A stretch of 64,000 bases of DNA, taken from NCBI RefSeq assembly GCF_004010195.1, contig NC_057719.1, forward strand, positions 71,614,800-71,678,799, read 5' to 3'. This DNA comes from Chiloscyllium plagiosum. Lineage: Eukaryota. Every line of letters starts with the position of its first letter. The stretch's first letter is position 1. Positions 22,206 through 35,779 of the stretch are shown in pieces. Below the pieces are notes generated by a model. The model saw only the letters and a program-made list of their open reading frames with translations, was not told where the DNA came from and ran no database searches. Made by a program: the position numbers and the translations under genes.

Positions 22206-24299
22206 CAATGGCCAATCCACCTAGCCTGCACATCCCTGGAGTTTGTGCACAATTTAGATGGGTAAGCTTAGACGCAAGAAGGGCACTGCATTACATAGTA
22301 TAACCAAACCCCACCATATTCCTGCTTCCACCAAAATTATATTTTAGGTTGGAAAGCCATGGTTAACCTTCCTGTCCCACCAAAAATTGAAAAGCTTAAG
22401 TGCCCAGTTAAGGATCTGTGCTTGTACTTCTTGAAAAGGCTGTTAATGTCAAAAACTAAAATATTTCGTGCCTAAGCAGGCATTGCCATTCAACTCACTG
22501 CAGGCATGATTTACCATTTATCAGTTGGATTTGAAGCACACTGAAACCATAAATCCACAGTGTACTTACATTAAATGACAGATGCTTGTAATTGACAAAA
22601 ACTACATTTAAAAGTTTTGTTTCTTTATTGTAGTCATTTTGAGCAAGATTTTTTTTTGATCATGCTCCTTTTGTTTAAAAATACTTCAGGATTATATTTG
22701 TAATTGTTGGCCGTTACAGCCAATAAACACTGAAGTAGTTAAATGGCAATTGGCTGTGTTGTTTCTGGTTTGTTGCTACGCTAACAGCAATGAATTAGTA
22801 TTAACTGTCAACAAAATGAAGGACCAGATCAACTCATCCACTACTCGAAACAATTTTTATAAGACATGTCTCTTCCTTGCCACATTGCTGGAATGATTTA
22901 TTTATTAAGAACAACGCGGCTATTTTGACAGTAAGGAATACGTTATCAATGTCAAAGTAACTATACAACGTAATGGAGCTCACTATGTGTCAGGGAAATG
23001 AGGTGAACATGCGTCCATGGGATACATATTTAAGAATTTAAGAAACATACCTTGTGCCATTATTCTCTCAGGCAGAATCAGAAGCCTTGAGTTGAATTAT
23101 TTGTAAGCTCAAGGCTGTATGTTCTGTAAACCAATAATTAGCAGCTAATAGTTAGGGGAGAATGATGCAACCAATCCTCCTTTCCGTACTGAATGGAATA
23201 GCCTTTTAGATAGTCAATGATAGAGGATAAATGACAAGTGAATCTTACTGAGAAGAGGGACTTGCTTTAAAAAGATGTTTATTTATTGAATAATAGCAAT
23301 AGGTACAAGTCACATTGGCTGCTTAGACATAATATGATTATCGAGGGCAATTATAACACTTCTGTCTCCATTTGGATCTCGTGCAAGACTTCCCTTTTCT
23401 CCATCTAGGACTGTATGACATCATCAGATTGGATGTAGACTCTAGCATTAACTCTTTCAAAACCATCATGGTACACAACATCTCCCAAAAGCTTTTTCTC
23501 CACCCCTCCCATAACTAATATTCTTTAATTCAGGTTTTATCCATATTTTCATTTACCAATACCCATGGTCCTCCAAGTCTCCAACTTCACGAATTCAGGC
23601 AATATAGAGAATGCATTATTTTCAGACTTGAAAGATGGGTCAACCTTTGGCTTCAGAACTGTTGGCCTGAGGTTTGTTGGCCTTGAATCTGACCTTCACC
23701 TTAATTCGTTTGTCAATTATTTTTATCATGGAGTTCAACACAATCAAGCATTCGGAACAATTTTTCAAAAAGGAGCAAAGGTTCCTGTGGTTTCCCCTTG
23801 CACCTTCTTCAATTGGAAACTATAAAACCATTGCTGGCACATCGACTGTTCAATGACCATACCATTCCTGTTGAGATCCCTTACTATTATTTGTTGTTCC
23901 TAGCCCAAATGTGGCAATCATCATGCATAGTTATATCTATCATAATGAGTAGCCCGCTGGCCCTGAACAGTAGGTTTAGACACCAGGAAAATGATCCCTA
24001 TTCTGGTAATTTCTTCAAGTTGCTTCTAGATTTTTTTCATTTAAAGTTGTAGAAAGTTCCTGGGTGCACAAAGGCACAATGGCCTAGAATTCTTCCTTAA
24101 TGTCATGCAGTATACAGCATGAAGTTTCCTGAATCCTGTGAACAATTTAGGAAACCATATCTCAAAGGAGCATTGTAGTTCAAGTTCAACTTTTGAATAA
24201 GATTTAGGGAAAAACATGGCTTTCCGTTCATGAGTGCAGTTTCCTGATTACAAATTATGTATGCATCCTATACTATCTGACAACCTATATGTTGAACAG

Positions 24300-25790
24300 T
24301 AACTTGTAGCTTGCCTCTGTTGTTGAAAATTATTGCATCCAAACCATATAGGTTCATGTCTTTAAGATTTAACTTCTTGTTTTTCTGCCATAGGATTTAT
24401 CTGATAGGACTGTGACACTTGCCCCTGTATCAAGATTAAAATTAATGCGATGTCTATTGATATAAACAGGTTTTGGCAAACTCCAGTGGACTGAGTCAGC
24501 AATTGTCTCCAGATATGTCTTGGGTATCTTTGCAAATGATGGTGGCTCTATAATATTAACATCTTTGCATGAGTAAGCATTTGGCCTTTTTCTGTTCTTA
24601 AACTGCATTCTTTAAACTACATTTTTTGGAAGTAATTTATAGTTTTATTGATGAAACTTTTTCTTTGTCATAGTTGGACATTGCCTGTGCATATGAAACT
24701 TCTCTACTTCATAGTACAGCAAATCTTTTATTAGTCAGCACCTATGGGACCAGGAGTGTGCCAGTTGATCAAATATTCCACATAATCAATGTAAAAACGC
24801 ACACTAAGTAAATAAAAAAATCATGCAAGGGTATACCCATCATTATTATTCTTTATTTACAGCACAAATCACTTAAATAATAATGTGACTTTGCCTTAAA
24901 TAAAACTTACCAGCAGACAGTCTTCTCAATCACACCTCCAGTTAACCATTTGGACATCATGGAGATTGTGATAAGACGGTAAGCTTCCAGTATTTCAAGT
25001 ATAATTTTTGCTGGTTTAGTAAGAGTGCCAGTTCAAAAACTGCCAGTTAAAACAAAGTTTGCTGTACTAACAATGACTCTCAGTATCTGCTAACTGGCCC
25101 ATAGTTTGTGTTGGCTTGTCATTTGCATTATGAGAGTGCTTTAACTTTATGAATCAGTGGAATCTGTTGTGATGAACATGTCATCCACCTCAGAATTTTC
25201 TGCTGCCTGCACAATTTGAATAGATTTCTCCAAAACCAAATTTTTTTTGGACTGTGGTAGATTTGACATTCATCAGTAATTCCATCTTTAATCCTGTTTC
25301 TTATGGAAGGCTGATTTCAAAACTCCAAAGTCACAGCTTTCCACTAATCCAGACTTTCCAAAGTGCAGGTTGGGACCCCAATTGCTGCAGCTTAATACAA
25401 TCTCCAATACTAAGCTGAAAAGATCATGAATTAAATTATCTACAGATTCCACCAGATTGAGTTAATCTGCTAAATCTTCTTCTTTCAAATACAAGTACTT
25501 TTATTGGTTCTCAAACTAAAGTTGTCAAAAGCTGTTAGAACTTCTTCAAATCTTTTTAATCTTGGCAATCCATAAAATCATTTGCTATACTCTTTTCTTA
25601 ACTTATTAAGAAACTGCTACTTCTTAAATGTTATATGTTCATATCCCAATCAGCTATTAGTTTGTGTAGAGCTCTGCCACCAATTCTCCTTTTTATGGTT
25701 TTAAAATAGAGCTTCAGTCAAGTTAGTCAACCCCTGGTGGGGCAAATCCTGTTTTCTACGCTTTCAGAAGAAGACAGCAATCAAGTTGCA
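24300..25790 (-). mobile_element. Gypsy-type LTR retrotransposon gag-protease remnant
   Basis: Aspartic protease motif INFNLDTGASVTVLS; gag-like RNRIKDGITDE...LVLEKSIQIVQAAE near 25200-25300. Confidence 0.75.
24717..25064. mobile_element. Tc1/mariner (Tigger-like) MITE, copy 2, inside the Gypsy remnant
   Basis: TA-CAGCAAATCTTTTATT ... AAAACAAAGTTTGCTG-TA. Confidence 0.7.
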
Positions 25791-26164
25791 CAATAATGTT
25801 AAAAATTAATAATAATCAGACATAATGACTATCAGGAATCATGTTGACACATCTATCTTCATCCACTTAGGATATCATCAGATTTTGCTGCAGCTTAATA
25901 CAATCTCCAATATTAGCCCTCTGACATTACCTGATGCAGCACTCTCTGATTTTCCACTAATTGTGTATTATCTTTCATGTATGTCATAAGCTCCCCTGAA
26001 AAATGGTTAATATATTGAAACTCAATGGACCATACTATTAGCATTTTTCGAATTCCACCAATGGAGTCTTTCAAGCTTGTTAGCTCTCGTTTTGAAAAGT
26101 GAGTGAACTCAGTTTTAATATGAGGACCCACCAAGACCCACAGCCTCGAACTATAGCTTAAATG

Positions 26165-26320
26165 CTGTCCCCTCCACACTTCATTTCAGCTCTGATGAAA
26201 AGTCATCTAGACTCAAAATATTAGCTTGCTGTCTCTCCATTGATGCTGACAGATCTACTGTGATCTTCAGCATTTGTTGTTTCCAGTACAGATTCCAGCA
26301 GCTGCAGTAATTTGTTCCTA
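26165..26320 (+). mobile_element. Penelope-like terminal repeat, decayed hammerhead core
   Basis: agct-CTGATGA-aaagtcatctagactc-aaaatatt-agct, then the shared body. Confidence 0.6.
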
Positions 26321-27994
26321 AGATTTAAAGTCATCTTTGGCAGTCACTGGCCATTTTCACTTGTCCTCGTCAGCAACGGTTGCTCAATGACAGCCTGCTT
26401 TAAGCGATTCAGACCAATTGAGTAATTCTGATGATGTTGTGATCCATGATGTAAAGCTCCGTTGGAGGATGAATGTAAAAGAATGCAGATAATACAACCT
26501 TCCTAAGCATGGTTTGCTGAAGAAAGAGAAAGTTTGGTCAATAACATCTGTGATGTTTACCTTTGTACATTAACATAGGACTGGGTGCCAGTACAACCAG
26601 ATAGCATAGAGCTACAATGCCAGAAAAAAAAATCTCAACTTGAATAACTTTTTTAAAGATTCTCTTGACTTTTGGTATGTCAAATTACTGCAGCAATGTA
26701 AATGTATTAGTTTATAAAAACAATGGTGCAGAATTTACCTGGTCAGGGAATAAGGTGTGGGGCCTGAAATATTAGGACAGATACCCAATGCCTCCCATCT
26801 CCATGCAAATACATTTAAATGCAGGAAGGCCCCTGGATAACTCTCACACCCCGTCTCCACTAAATACTTCAGACCCTAATTGGTCAATGTGGTACATTGA
26901 CAAAGCAAGGCTCTGGTTCCAGTCTCTTTAACGGCATGAGTTCAAATCTCACTACTGACACAGATCCAGTTGTTTCACATTGGGGGGGGGGAAATCCTCT
27001 GGTGATGTGGCACTATCCCTCCCTTTAAACCACCTGCTATAGAGCTGTGTTATAATCTACCTTGCCAGGCCATTTAAAATAAAACAACTACTAGGTGCCT
27101 ATTCCTGCTGGGGCTGCGATTTCTGTAGCTCCAGGCAATACAAATAACAGGTAGGTAGGGGTTGGTGGTTGTGGGGGAAGAGGAAGTGGGGGGGGGTCCT
27201 TTATCTGGACATATTTCCATATGATCAAGGACATGGGTATACGGCAGGGCGGTTGCAGCTGACTGCTACTGAAGCTCATGGTCCCTTCTCTTCACAACTC
27301 ATAACAAACAAGCCCTGATTTCCCCTCCCCTGCCAACCCTTCCACAATAATTCCCTTTGATCACTGCTTGTTCCTGGGAGTCTGCTGAGTGCTAGACCAG
27401 GAGCAACATGGCATTGCTGAGTTCTGGAGCTGCCAGGCTCCCATAGACCAGCAGCTCGAGGTGGTCAAGGCATCGTATCCCAGTGTCCACCAGTGGTGGA
27501 GGGCTGACTAGTGCCCAATTAAGTGTCTAATGGGAACAGGATCCATTGGGTCATCATGGCTGTCTCTGTAATATTTCAGGGAGCACGCTTGCCCAACAGA
27601 AAATATTCCACCTTCAATGTCAACATGGAATGTGTTCATTGTCATGCAATATTACACAAAATTAGAATATCATGACCTAGAAACAGTCACAAGAGGTTTG
27701 CGCAACATATATTTGCCTTGATGCCTTATATGCCTAGAAAAGAAAGGCTAAGACCCTTTGTGATGGTAGTTAACAGCAATAGTTTATTAAACTTTCAATT
27801 CAGAGCTGATCTACATTGTACAAGACTGTTTTTCAGTCAAATTGCTCATTTCTCAGTATTATTTCACTGTTAATGAATTGGGGAATAACTGGTCCATATG
27901 TAACTGTTCACTTTTTGATGCATTTTCACCCCAGATAGAGAATCATTGAGCATGATATTTGTTCATAACTATTATGAGTTAGTCAAAAAAAAGG

Positions 27995-28180
27995 AAAGGT
28001 AAAGTCACCTTTCTCTTAGAGAGAGAGAGAGAGAGAGAGACGAGTGGTGGTTTAACTTCAGGGTCACCACAGCTCAGGCAAGAGGTAAGATTGAGAAGAC
28101 AGGACCTTCATGGTGACCTCAGCCAGAACTGAATCTGTGATGTTTTAGTATCACAAACCATCCCATCAACTAAGCTAATC
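27995..28180 (-). mobile_element. tRNA-derived SINE with internal (CT)n
   Basis: Minus strand ttagcttagttgatgggatggtttgtgat head; (GA)n at 28018-28040. Confidence 0.55.
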
Positions 28181-29989
28181 AATCCACTAGAAGGTGAATT
28201 ATGGCCGCAGAGTCACTGGAAGTTGACACTGAATGGAAAATAACCAAAGAAAGACACAACCAGCAGTAAAACAAGTTCTAAATAGTTCCAACTCTGCACT
28301 GGTAGGTTGAGGAGGCAGAGATAGATTCTGTCTGTAGGATGCCAGCAGGGGCTCCAGACAGGCAGTCAGAGAAAGTGGAGAATGAGAGCCATGGTGGTCA
28401 ATACCAGGAGTCAGACAACAAGGATGTTGATTGCCTTTGATTAACCCATGACTTTTAAGCGACTGTATACCCTTAGGTTATTTTCTCATAAACTTTCCCA
28501 CCACTACTTTTAGGCTGACTAACTTTGTTTTTACTTGATCTATCCCTCCCTCCTTTTTCAAACACAATAAAATGTGAGCAGTCCCATACACACAGACAGA
28601 GAGGATTGGATAAAAATGGTCCCAGCCTCTGCTATTGCCTCCCTTGCTGCTATTAGTATTCTAAAATGCATCTCAACAACGTCTGGTCATTTCCACTTTA
28701 ACAGATGTTCAGTCCCTTAATATTCTGTCAATTTCTACTATTCAATGTTTCATACTCCTCCTCGTCACAATGTAAGCATTGCCCTCTGTAATGGAGACAG
28801 ACACGAAATATTCATTAAGAATTGTTCTCACATTTTCTGTACTCTTTCGGGCTTTCTGCATCATTGAGTCCTCAAAGTTTGACATTAATTCTCTTTCGTT
28901 ACATTATTCTACATGCTCGTTGCCATCAAGGAGATCTAGATGTGAGAGTCCCATCTGTGAGATTATGACCTGTGAGTTCCTAATTTTTCACTTATTTCCT
29001 AGATCATTAAAATCTGTCTGCAGGACCACATCTTCCTTTTAACCAATGTGTCATTGTTAATGTGGGCCTTGACCTCTGACTATTCATCTCCCCAGCCAGA
29101 AAATTCTGAAAATGTTCAGTGACATCATTAACCCTGGAACCAAGGAAACAACATACCGTCATGGTTTGTGACCAATCATGGCTGCAGAAATGCCTGATGG
29201 TTCCTCTTAACCAATGCGTAACATTTTACTGTTTTCTTCCTTCTTTCCCTCAACACCATACAACGGAAGCACTGATGGCTTTCGTGTACTTGGTTCTGAC
29301 TGATATTCCCAAAAGAACAAAGATGTTCTGCAGTATTCAGCAATTAATACTGGTTAGAGACAGAGATGCATTAAGGGAACTTATTGGTGTGTGTGTGTGT
29401 GTGTGGTCCACAATGCTTACTGCGCATTTAATTATAGTTGACACATTCAATGGAACTGAGTAGCTCTGCCATTCTTCTATCAATAAAACAAGTAGCTGAA
29501 GTTACTAAAACAAGCTTAGATTCAACTAGTTGAGGTTTTAAGTAAGTTACATCAACAACTTATCTCTAACTTGCACCCATTTTTCCTTCTTGTGATGTTG
29601 GGAGTCTTCTCCTCTGCATTTACAGTAAAATCACTTTCTCAACTTTCCTAAGATTTGATTTGGCACTACTTTGTTTAAATCTGTGGCCTCTCCCAAGGTA
29701 CTCTGTGGTCTGTGACATCACTCCTTAGGTCATCTTTTACACTCGTCCTCTCAGTTCCTGCTCCTTTCACTCTCCTTGCTCTCAGTCACTGATACCTTTC
29801 ACACAAGAAGCCAATAGAAATAAATCAGCAGCTACTTCAAAAGGAAATGTAGTCTTAACATTATTTCACAGATCACAAGGTCACAATTAGAATTAACCAT
29901 TAGGTTATCTGAATCTCAAAATTAGATTAAAGCTGTGAAATCATTCTTTGACGTTTAGTCATTTGCTGCTACATAACTTGTGTCTTGAT

Positions 29990-31270
29990 CAAAAAGACTC
30001 ATTTTGTTGAATCTTATAATCTTGCACTCATCAGGATAATTCACAAGATTATCAATTTAAAGAGAAAACCACCATTTATACTGCATGACAGGAGAGCACT
30101 GATTGGGTGCAATCAGGGATATGTGGATGCATATTTTAAATTTAAGGCTTGGAAGATTGGAGCTAATAGGTTGAAGCATGAACAGAAACTGGTGATCCTA
30201 CAGAGGAGAAAATTACAGTTATTACTCTTGGAGAAAATTTGGAAGTTAAGTTTGGGAACAGTCTGGCTTAACTTGTGATGTTGGTTGCAGAAAGTAAGAA
30301 AAGCAATGCCAAAGGTATGGCGAAGGGTAGTGATAATGGCTTCCAAATGTTAACTGGGGAAAATTTCAACTTCACCTAACACCATACCAACAGTGAAAGT
30401 CATCCTGTGGGATCAGGGCTGCCCTGGTCAGATCATTTCTTGTTGTGTATCAAGCAAACTCATGAAAAGTCCTAAGCCCATCACTTAACAATGCCCAGTC
30501 TACCTCAGATTATCCTGGAAGGGTAAGGTATCTCAATCGTTTCAGCAACAGCTGAGGCTAGCTAGCTTTAGGCTATGTATTGGCAACACGAATGGTGTTC
30601 ACTTTTAACAGAATGCTACTTCAAGTCAAAAGCTTACATCACATAAATGAGGATTGTGATATATGGATTTTAGTGTTGACAGGATGCCAAATATGTAATT
30701 CTTTTATTCTAGAGACTGTTGGATCATATCAAATAGCATATTATCTTTGGCTGTAAATAAGGAACGATTGTACCCAACCAGCCAATGCTTGCAAAATGGA
30801 CAACACAATGTCAAACATTAGATGTGATTCTGAAATTGGACAACATTTGCTGGATTATCCAAAGTGTACAAAGATTTATGCAAAGTCAGGCTCCCAATGT
30901 GGGGCACATGCATATACTGGAAGATATGTCCATCAGTACATCAAGACATGTTCGTTGCAGAAAGAAAGACCATGCACTGCACCTGTTTCAACTCAACAAA
31001 ATAGATGACAACCATTCTCTGATTCCTTTATCAGTGAGATGCTTTGGACAATTGGAGTCAACCTGCTTGGTTTTAAAATTTAAAACAAAGCTTGAGAATT
31101 AACTGTTAATCATTATTAACTGGCGCACTCAATGCCAATGCCTCTATTAATCCATTTGCTAACAATAAGCATTCTTCTGCCATACAGTCCAATTATTAAT
31201 TTTTTGCCTTTTTTTAAAAAATTGCCTTAATGAGTAAAACAACATAGAAATCTTCAACAAATGAGCATTT
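29990..31270 (+). mobile_element. Decayed Penelope-like element of a further family, with an inverted terminal-repeat copy at 29990-30160
   Basis: RCDSEIGQHLLDYPKC (GIY-YIG C-terminal type); minus-strand cctgatgagtgcaag near 30020-30035. Confidence 0.5.
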
Positions 31271-31587
31271 TTACGCAATACTCTTTAATATTTGTTAGTT
31301 TTTAAATGTATTTAAAAAGTTTTAATTTGACTTGAAGATTTATTCAAATTTAGCTGTGTAGGTGTGTTCTATGTCACTGATGCATGATGATTCCCAAACT
31401 GTCAAACCTGCTGAAAGAAGGTTCATCAAAAAATGATTTAAACTTAATTGTTGCTAAATTCTACATCTGGTATGTGTAATAAATTGAACATAGTGCCTAT
31501 CATTAAAATTTTAAAATTAACAATAGCTTGCATGTATTTAGTTCTTTTGATCGGATCCAAAATAATTACATAATTGAACTGAACACC

Positions 31588-31788
31588 GTGGGCGGCACGG
31601 TGGCACAGTGGTTAGCACTGCTGCCTCACAGCGCCAGAGACCCGGGTTCAATTCCCGACTCAGGCGACTGACTGTGTGGAGTTTGCACGTTCTCCCCGTG
31701 TCTGCGTGGNNNNNNNNNNNNNNNNNNNNNNNNNNNNNNNNNNNNNNNNNNNNNNNNNNNNNNNNNNTGTAATCTAATCTAATCTAAT
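31588..31788 (+). mobile_element. tRNA-derived SINE (HE1-like), young, containing a gap
   Basis: ggcggcacggtggcacagtggttagcactgctgcctcacagcgccagagacccgggttcaattccc; (TAATC)n tail; N at 31710-31767. Confidence 0.9.
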
Positions 31789-32101
31789 TAGCAGGTGAAA
31801 TTATGAAGTTGGCTAATTTTATGGTTAAAGTGGTAGAATATAAAGGTTGGTCTTATGGGAGATGAGCCAGGTGGAAAGGTGGAAATGAATTCCAGGGTAT
31901 GAGGCCTAGGCTGCTGAAAGATGGAATGCAATTTGGGATGTATAGGAGGTCTGGATTTTAAGAATGCAGAGTTCTAGTAGGCTAATAGAGCTCAAGAAAA
32001 TTATAATTTTTTTAAAAAACATAGACACATAGAAAATAAAAGCAGGACTAGGTCGTTCACCATTTCAAGCCTGCTCTGCCATTCAACATGATCATGGTTA
32101 A

Positions 32102-32231
32102 GAGACAAAAAATCTGCAGGTGCTGGAATCCTAGATAGATAAGCAGGAGGCTGGAAGAACACAGCAAGCCAGACAGCATCAGGAGGTGGAGAAGTCGACA
32201 TTTCAGGTGTAACTCTTCTTCAGGATCCTAC
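32102..32231 (-). mobile_element. Penelope-like terminal repeat with 20-bp TSD
   Basis: ttcaa[c/t]atgatcatggttaa at 32082-32101 and 32232-32251; minus-strand CTGAAGAagagttacacctGAAAtgtc. Confidence 0.7.
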
Positions 32232-32288
32232 TTCAATATGATCATGGTTAATCATTTAACTTAGTACCCTGTTCCCGCTTTCTCTTCT

Positions 32289-32795
32289 GTAGTGGTTGGG
32301 ATCAGGTGGACCTCGTTGACTATGAGGCTCTTAATTGGGGTTGTTAACCTGAGCCAATCGGTAAAGCCCTAACTGACCAATTTAACCAAGAGATATAGAA
32401 CCTCCTCAGTTTAGGAAAAAACATAACTAGGAGATTTAGAATTCCTTCAGTCGAGGGGACTGACTCTGTGCTGGTTAGGTCACAGTCAGTGTGTTCCTAC
32501 TGTTGAGGAGGATACTTCCTTCTTCTTTCCTCTTGTTCAGGGAAGACTTTTTTTTGTTTTTCTTTATTGTTTATTATGTTTTTTTTCCTTTTGTTTGAGC
32601 TGTGCTCAACTGCACAAGTAGCTACTACCACCACTGCTGCTGCTGCTGCTGCAGCCCGGGCCTTGCAAAAAGAAAAAAAATTAAGCAAGAGATTAGAATC
32701 TCCTCAGTTGAGGGGATTGACTCTGAGCTGGCTGGCCACTGTCAGAGTACGGTGCACTTGTGAATAAAGGGTGGCTTGGTGATAGGACCTGGTCT
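32289..32795 (+). mobile_element. LTR-like repeat with internal sub-repeats
   Basis: CCAAT-like ccaatc, three gagat-tagaa-ctcctcagtt units, aataaa near 32763; interrupts the CR1 tail. Confidence 0.4.
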
Positions 32796-33484
32796 TATCC
32801 CCATACCCTGCAATTTCTTCAGTCCTAAGAACTATATCTAACTCCTTCTTGAAAATATTCAATGTTTTAGCCTCAATTTTTTTCTATGGCAGATAATTGC
32901 ACAGGCTCGCCATGCTCTGAGTTAAAAAAAAATTGAACTGACACCATATCATGACAATGTGATGAAACTGAATTTATATTATTTAATTAGTGCACAATGT
33001 TTCAATGATCATATCATTTCATTATAGTAGACAATTGTAGCTCTTTCCCACTGATGAGCTAAATAAACCACCTCAAAATCAAGTAAACAGAAAGTGACAG
33101 AGAAAAAACAAATGGGATTAATTTTATCCACAGTTCTTTGTCTCTGTCTGATTTCCAAAGACTTGCGTCATGAACCCAAACATTGAATGTTTTACACAGA
33201 AATAAAATTAAAATCTTGACTACTCAGCCCATGCTGTGTGAATCTCACACCAGCTTGCGAATGGTTTCAGTTTCACACAATACAGATGGACATCTTTGGA
33301 TTCAGCCTATCCTGGTATTACTGCATTTGGAAACACTGTGACAGAAGGATGAGAATATAGAAACCTGGCCCAGTCTAACTCTGTAAACAAAAGGGAAAGT
33401 TGCACTGGTTCATGAGCTGCTTGGATCATGAAAATATCATGCAATTAGGACCAATGCCCAATGGTAATGCGAGGTCCAATATCA

Positions 33485-33630
33485 ACAAAAACTGAAAGAA
33501 CTGTAGATGCTGGAAATCAGAAACAAAAACAGAAACAGAAATTACTAGAAAAGCTTAGCAGGTCTGGCAGCATCTGTTGAGAGAAATCAGATTTAATGAT
33601 TCGGGTCCAGCGATCCTTCCTTAGAACTGC
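33485..33630 (-). mobile_element. Penelope-like terminal repeat, decayed
   Basis: Reverse complement of the 2607-2740 type. Confidence 0.7.
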
Positions 33631-33789
33631 ACCATCACTTGCCCAATTATTATGCTACAGCTAAGATGCACTGACTTCCTTATGTTGGCTTCTCATATTT
33701 CTATCTGCACTCTGAGATTATTTCTGATCCCCAGCTACTATTAGATATTTTTGAATCAATCTGCTCAGATGTTATTACATACGATAGTA

Positions 33790-34098
33790 GCAGGGTCCGA
33801 GGTTCGATTCCAGCCTTGGGTGACTGTGTGGAGTTTGCACATTCTCCCCGTGTCTGCGTGGGTTTCCTCTGAGTGGTGTGGTTTCCTCCCACAATCCAAA
33901 GACGTGCAGGTTAGGTGAACTGGCCATACCACATTGCCCATAGTGTTCAGGGATGTGTAGGTTAGGTGCATTAGTCAGGGGTAAATGGAGAGTAATGGGA
34001 TGGGGGAATGGGTCTGGGTGGGTTACCCTTCGCAGGGTTAGCAAGGACTTGTTGGGTCAAATGGCCTGTTTCCACACTAAGGATTCTATGATTCTACG
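33790..34098 (+). mobile_element. tRNA-derived SINE (HE1-like), 5'-truncated
   Basis: ggttcgattcc B box, tgtgtggagtttgcacattctccccgtgtctgcgtggg body, attctatgattcta tail. Confidence 0.88.
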
Positions 34099-34124
34099 AC
34101 CTCTGGAGCAGGTCGGACTTGAAT

Positions 34125-34220
34125 CGTAGAAACAAAAATTGGAAATGCTCTGCAGGTCTGGCAGCATTTGTGCAGAGAAATCAGAATTAACGTTTCGAGT
34201 CTGGTGACCCTTCTTCAGAC
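34125..34220 (-). mobile_element. Penelope-like terminal repeat with intact hammerhead core
   Basis: Minus strand CTGAAGA-a-gggtc-acca-gactc-GAAAC-GTT at 34189-34218. Confidence 0.75.
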
Positions 34221-34449
34221 CCTACTTTGTACCAAGAACTAAGGAAAATACATTATTTGAAAAACAACACAATGTGCAGGACATAAGCAATTGGATGGAT
34301 GCCCTACTGCACTTCCAATCAGTCAGATTTACACCCACATTCAGGGATTATAGCCTTCTTTTAAATGTTGTTGAAAAGAATCATCTGTCTCTGAGAATTA
34401 GCCCTTTGATCATAGGAATTAATGAAATTATGCAATAAACGGCAGCACA

Positions 34450-34686
34450 CTTCCCTTCACTTTTTTGATCACACAGCATTGCCCTTTGACGAGAAGGGCA
34501 TTGCTTGTCACTGGCCACTCGGGTGTTTCCTGTCTTTCCTGGTGGTGGGAATTCAATAAAGAGTTATACACCTTGTGCCTTTCACTGTGTCTCACACCTG
34601 CACACACACAACATGGGTGCCAGGGAAAATATAAGCACTACTGCAGTTAGGCGGTAGGGTGGGGAATGGAAAAAAAAAAGAAAAAA
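34450..34686 (+). mobile_element. Unclassified poly(A)-tailed retroposed insert with 16-bp TSD
   Basis: aataaac[g/a]gcagcaca at 34434-34449 and 34687-34702; A-rich tail from 34670. Confidence 0.7.
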
Positions 34687-35779
34687 AATAAACAGCAGCA
34701 CAAAGGCAATTACCATTTCTCCCCAAGCTGGTTGAACTGGACCTGCTGGGCTGACTGGCCTGCTCCCTAGGCTGTAATAATTCATATCCCCTTACCCTGA
34801 CTGCCCCAAACGGCTGGCTGAGTATGCCCAAGCTCCTGGATTGAATTCATGCTGCCCTTGACTGACTGACTGTAGCAGGACACTCTTATTAACAATAGTC
34901 ACCCTTGATCTGAATGAGGACTATTCCCCTTAGACTTTGAGACATGGCCATTTGGTTGAAGCAAAATGCATTTGCCACAAAGCTGCTAGCTCATGCTGTT
35001 GTTATGGCATTCACATAGCTTCATGCTGTACAGTAAAATGATTACCTCTTCAGTGATCATGACAATCATATCAAATTGTCTGACTTTCTGTCTGCACTAA
35101 GCAGAAAAGTAACACAGAAGGATGTGAGCCCTCAAGTTCTGATGAAGTGGTGAAGTGCAAAATGACAAGGTAAAGCATGGCTAGATGCTTTATCCAATTA
35201 TGTGCAAAGTGAGTGAGCATTAAGAGAGCAAATGAGAAGTTGTGAGATGCTCCTTGGTTCAGATGGATGCTTATCCCTGCATGCAAAGTGGCCTGACAGT
35301 AGCAGGACAATGAGAGATGCCAGTGTACTCTGAAATGCAGTGTTGAAGTGGAGAACCTTCGGGCAGGGCTAGTGCATTTTCAATGCCAGACTCCATGGAT
35401 GGCTGGGGTGCAGGTGGTCACCATAACCTGAGATGCTGGGGGCTCACGTCCAAGATGGAGGTTCGAGGAGCTGGCAATAAACTGGAGCACCTACCAGTTC
35501 TGACTGTCATGTCGGGAATTGTTACTGTCTAATTTCCATCATATGGGAGAATAGGAAACTGCCCATAAATAGTTAGAAGTAGCTAGCACCGACAAAATTG
35601 TTGTAAACACAGAGAAACTCAGCAAGTCTGGCAGTATCTGTGAGTAAAGTTACAATTTCATGTCCAGTATAACTCTTCTCCAGAATAGTTTTGTGTCGAG
35701 CATTCCCAAGTAATTTTATTCGAAATTCATTCTTTTAAAAAGAGCTTATCAAAGTTTGACAGCATAGAAGTGGAGTGAA

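Larger units (their letters stand above)
32020..32930 (-). mobile_element. CR1-type 3' end carrying two nested insertions
   Basis: catagaaaataaaagcaggactagg...cctgctctgccattcaa; resumes at about 32800. Confidence 0.6.

Noticed and set aside
15668..23124. Minus-strand exon candidates at about 23051-23124, 16631-16664 and 15668-15752
   Set aside because: Splice-like signals exist, but phases are inconsistent across the three and the peptides match nothing I recognise
23565..24052. Overlapping short ORFs in unique sequence
   Set aside because: No recognisable domain or exon structure; lengths expected by chance
31588..31660. tRNA gene
   Set aside because: A/B boxes belong to a SINE head that continues into SINE body and tail
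32497..32767. Poly-alanine ORFs
   Set aside because: Produced by a (GCT)n microsatellite and T-rich low-complexity sequence inside a repeat
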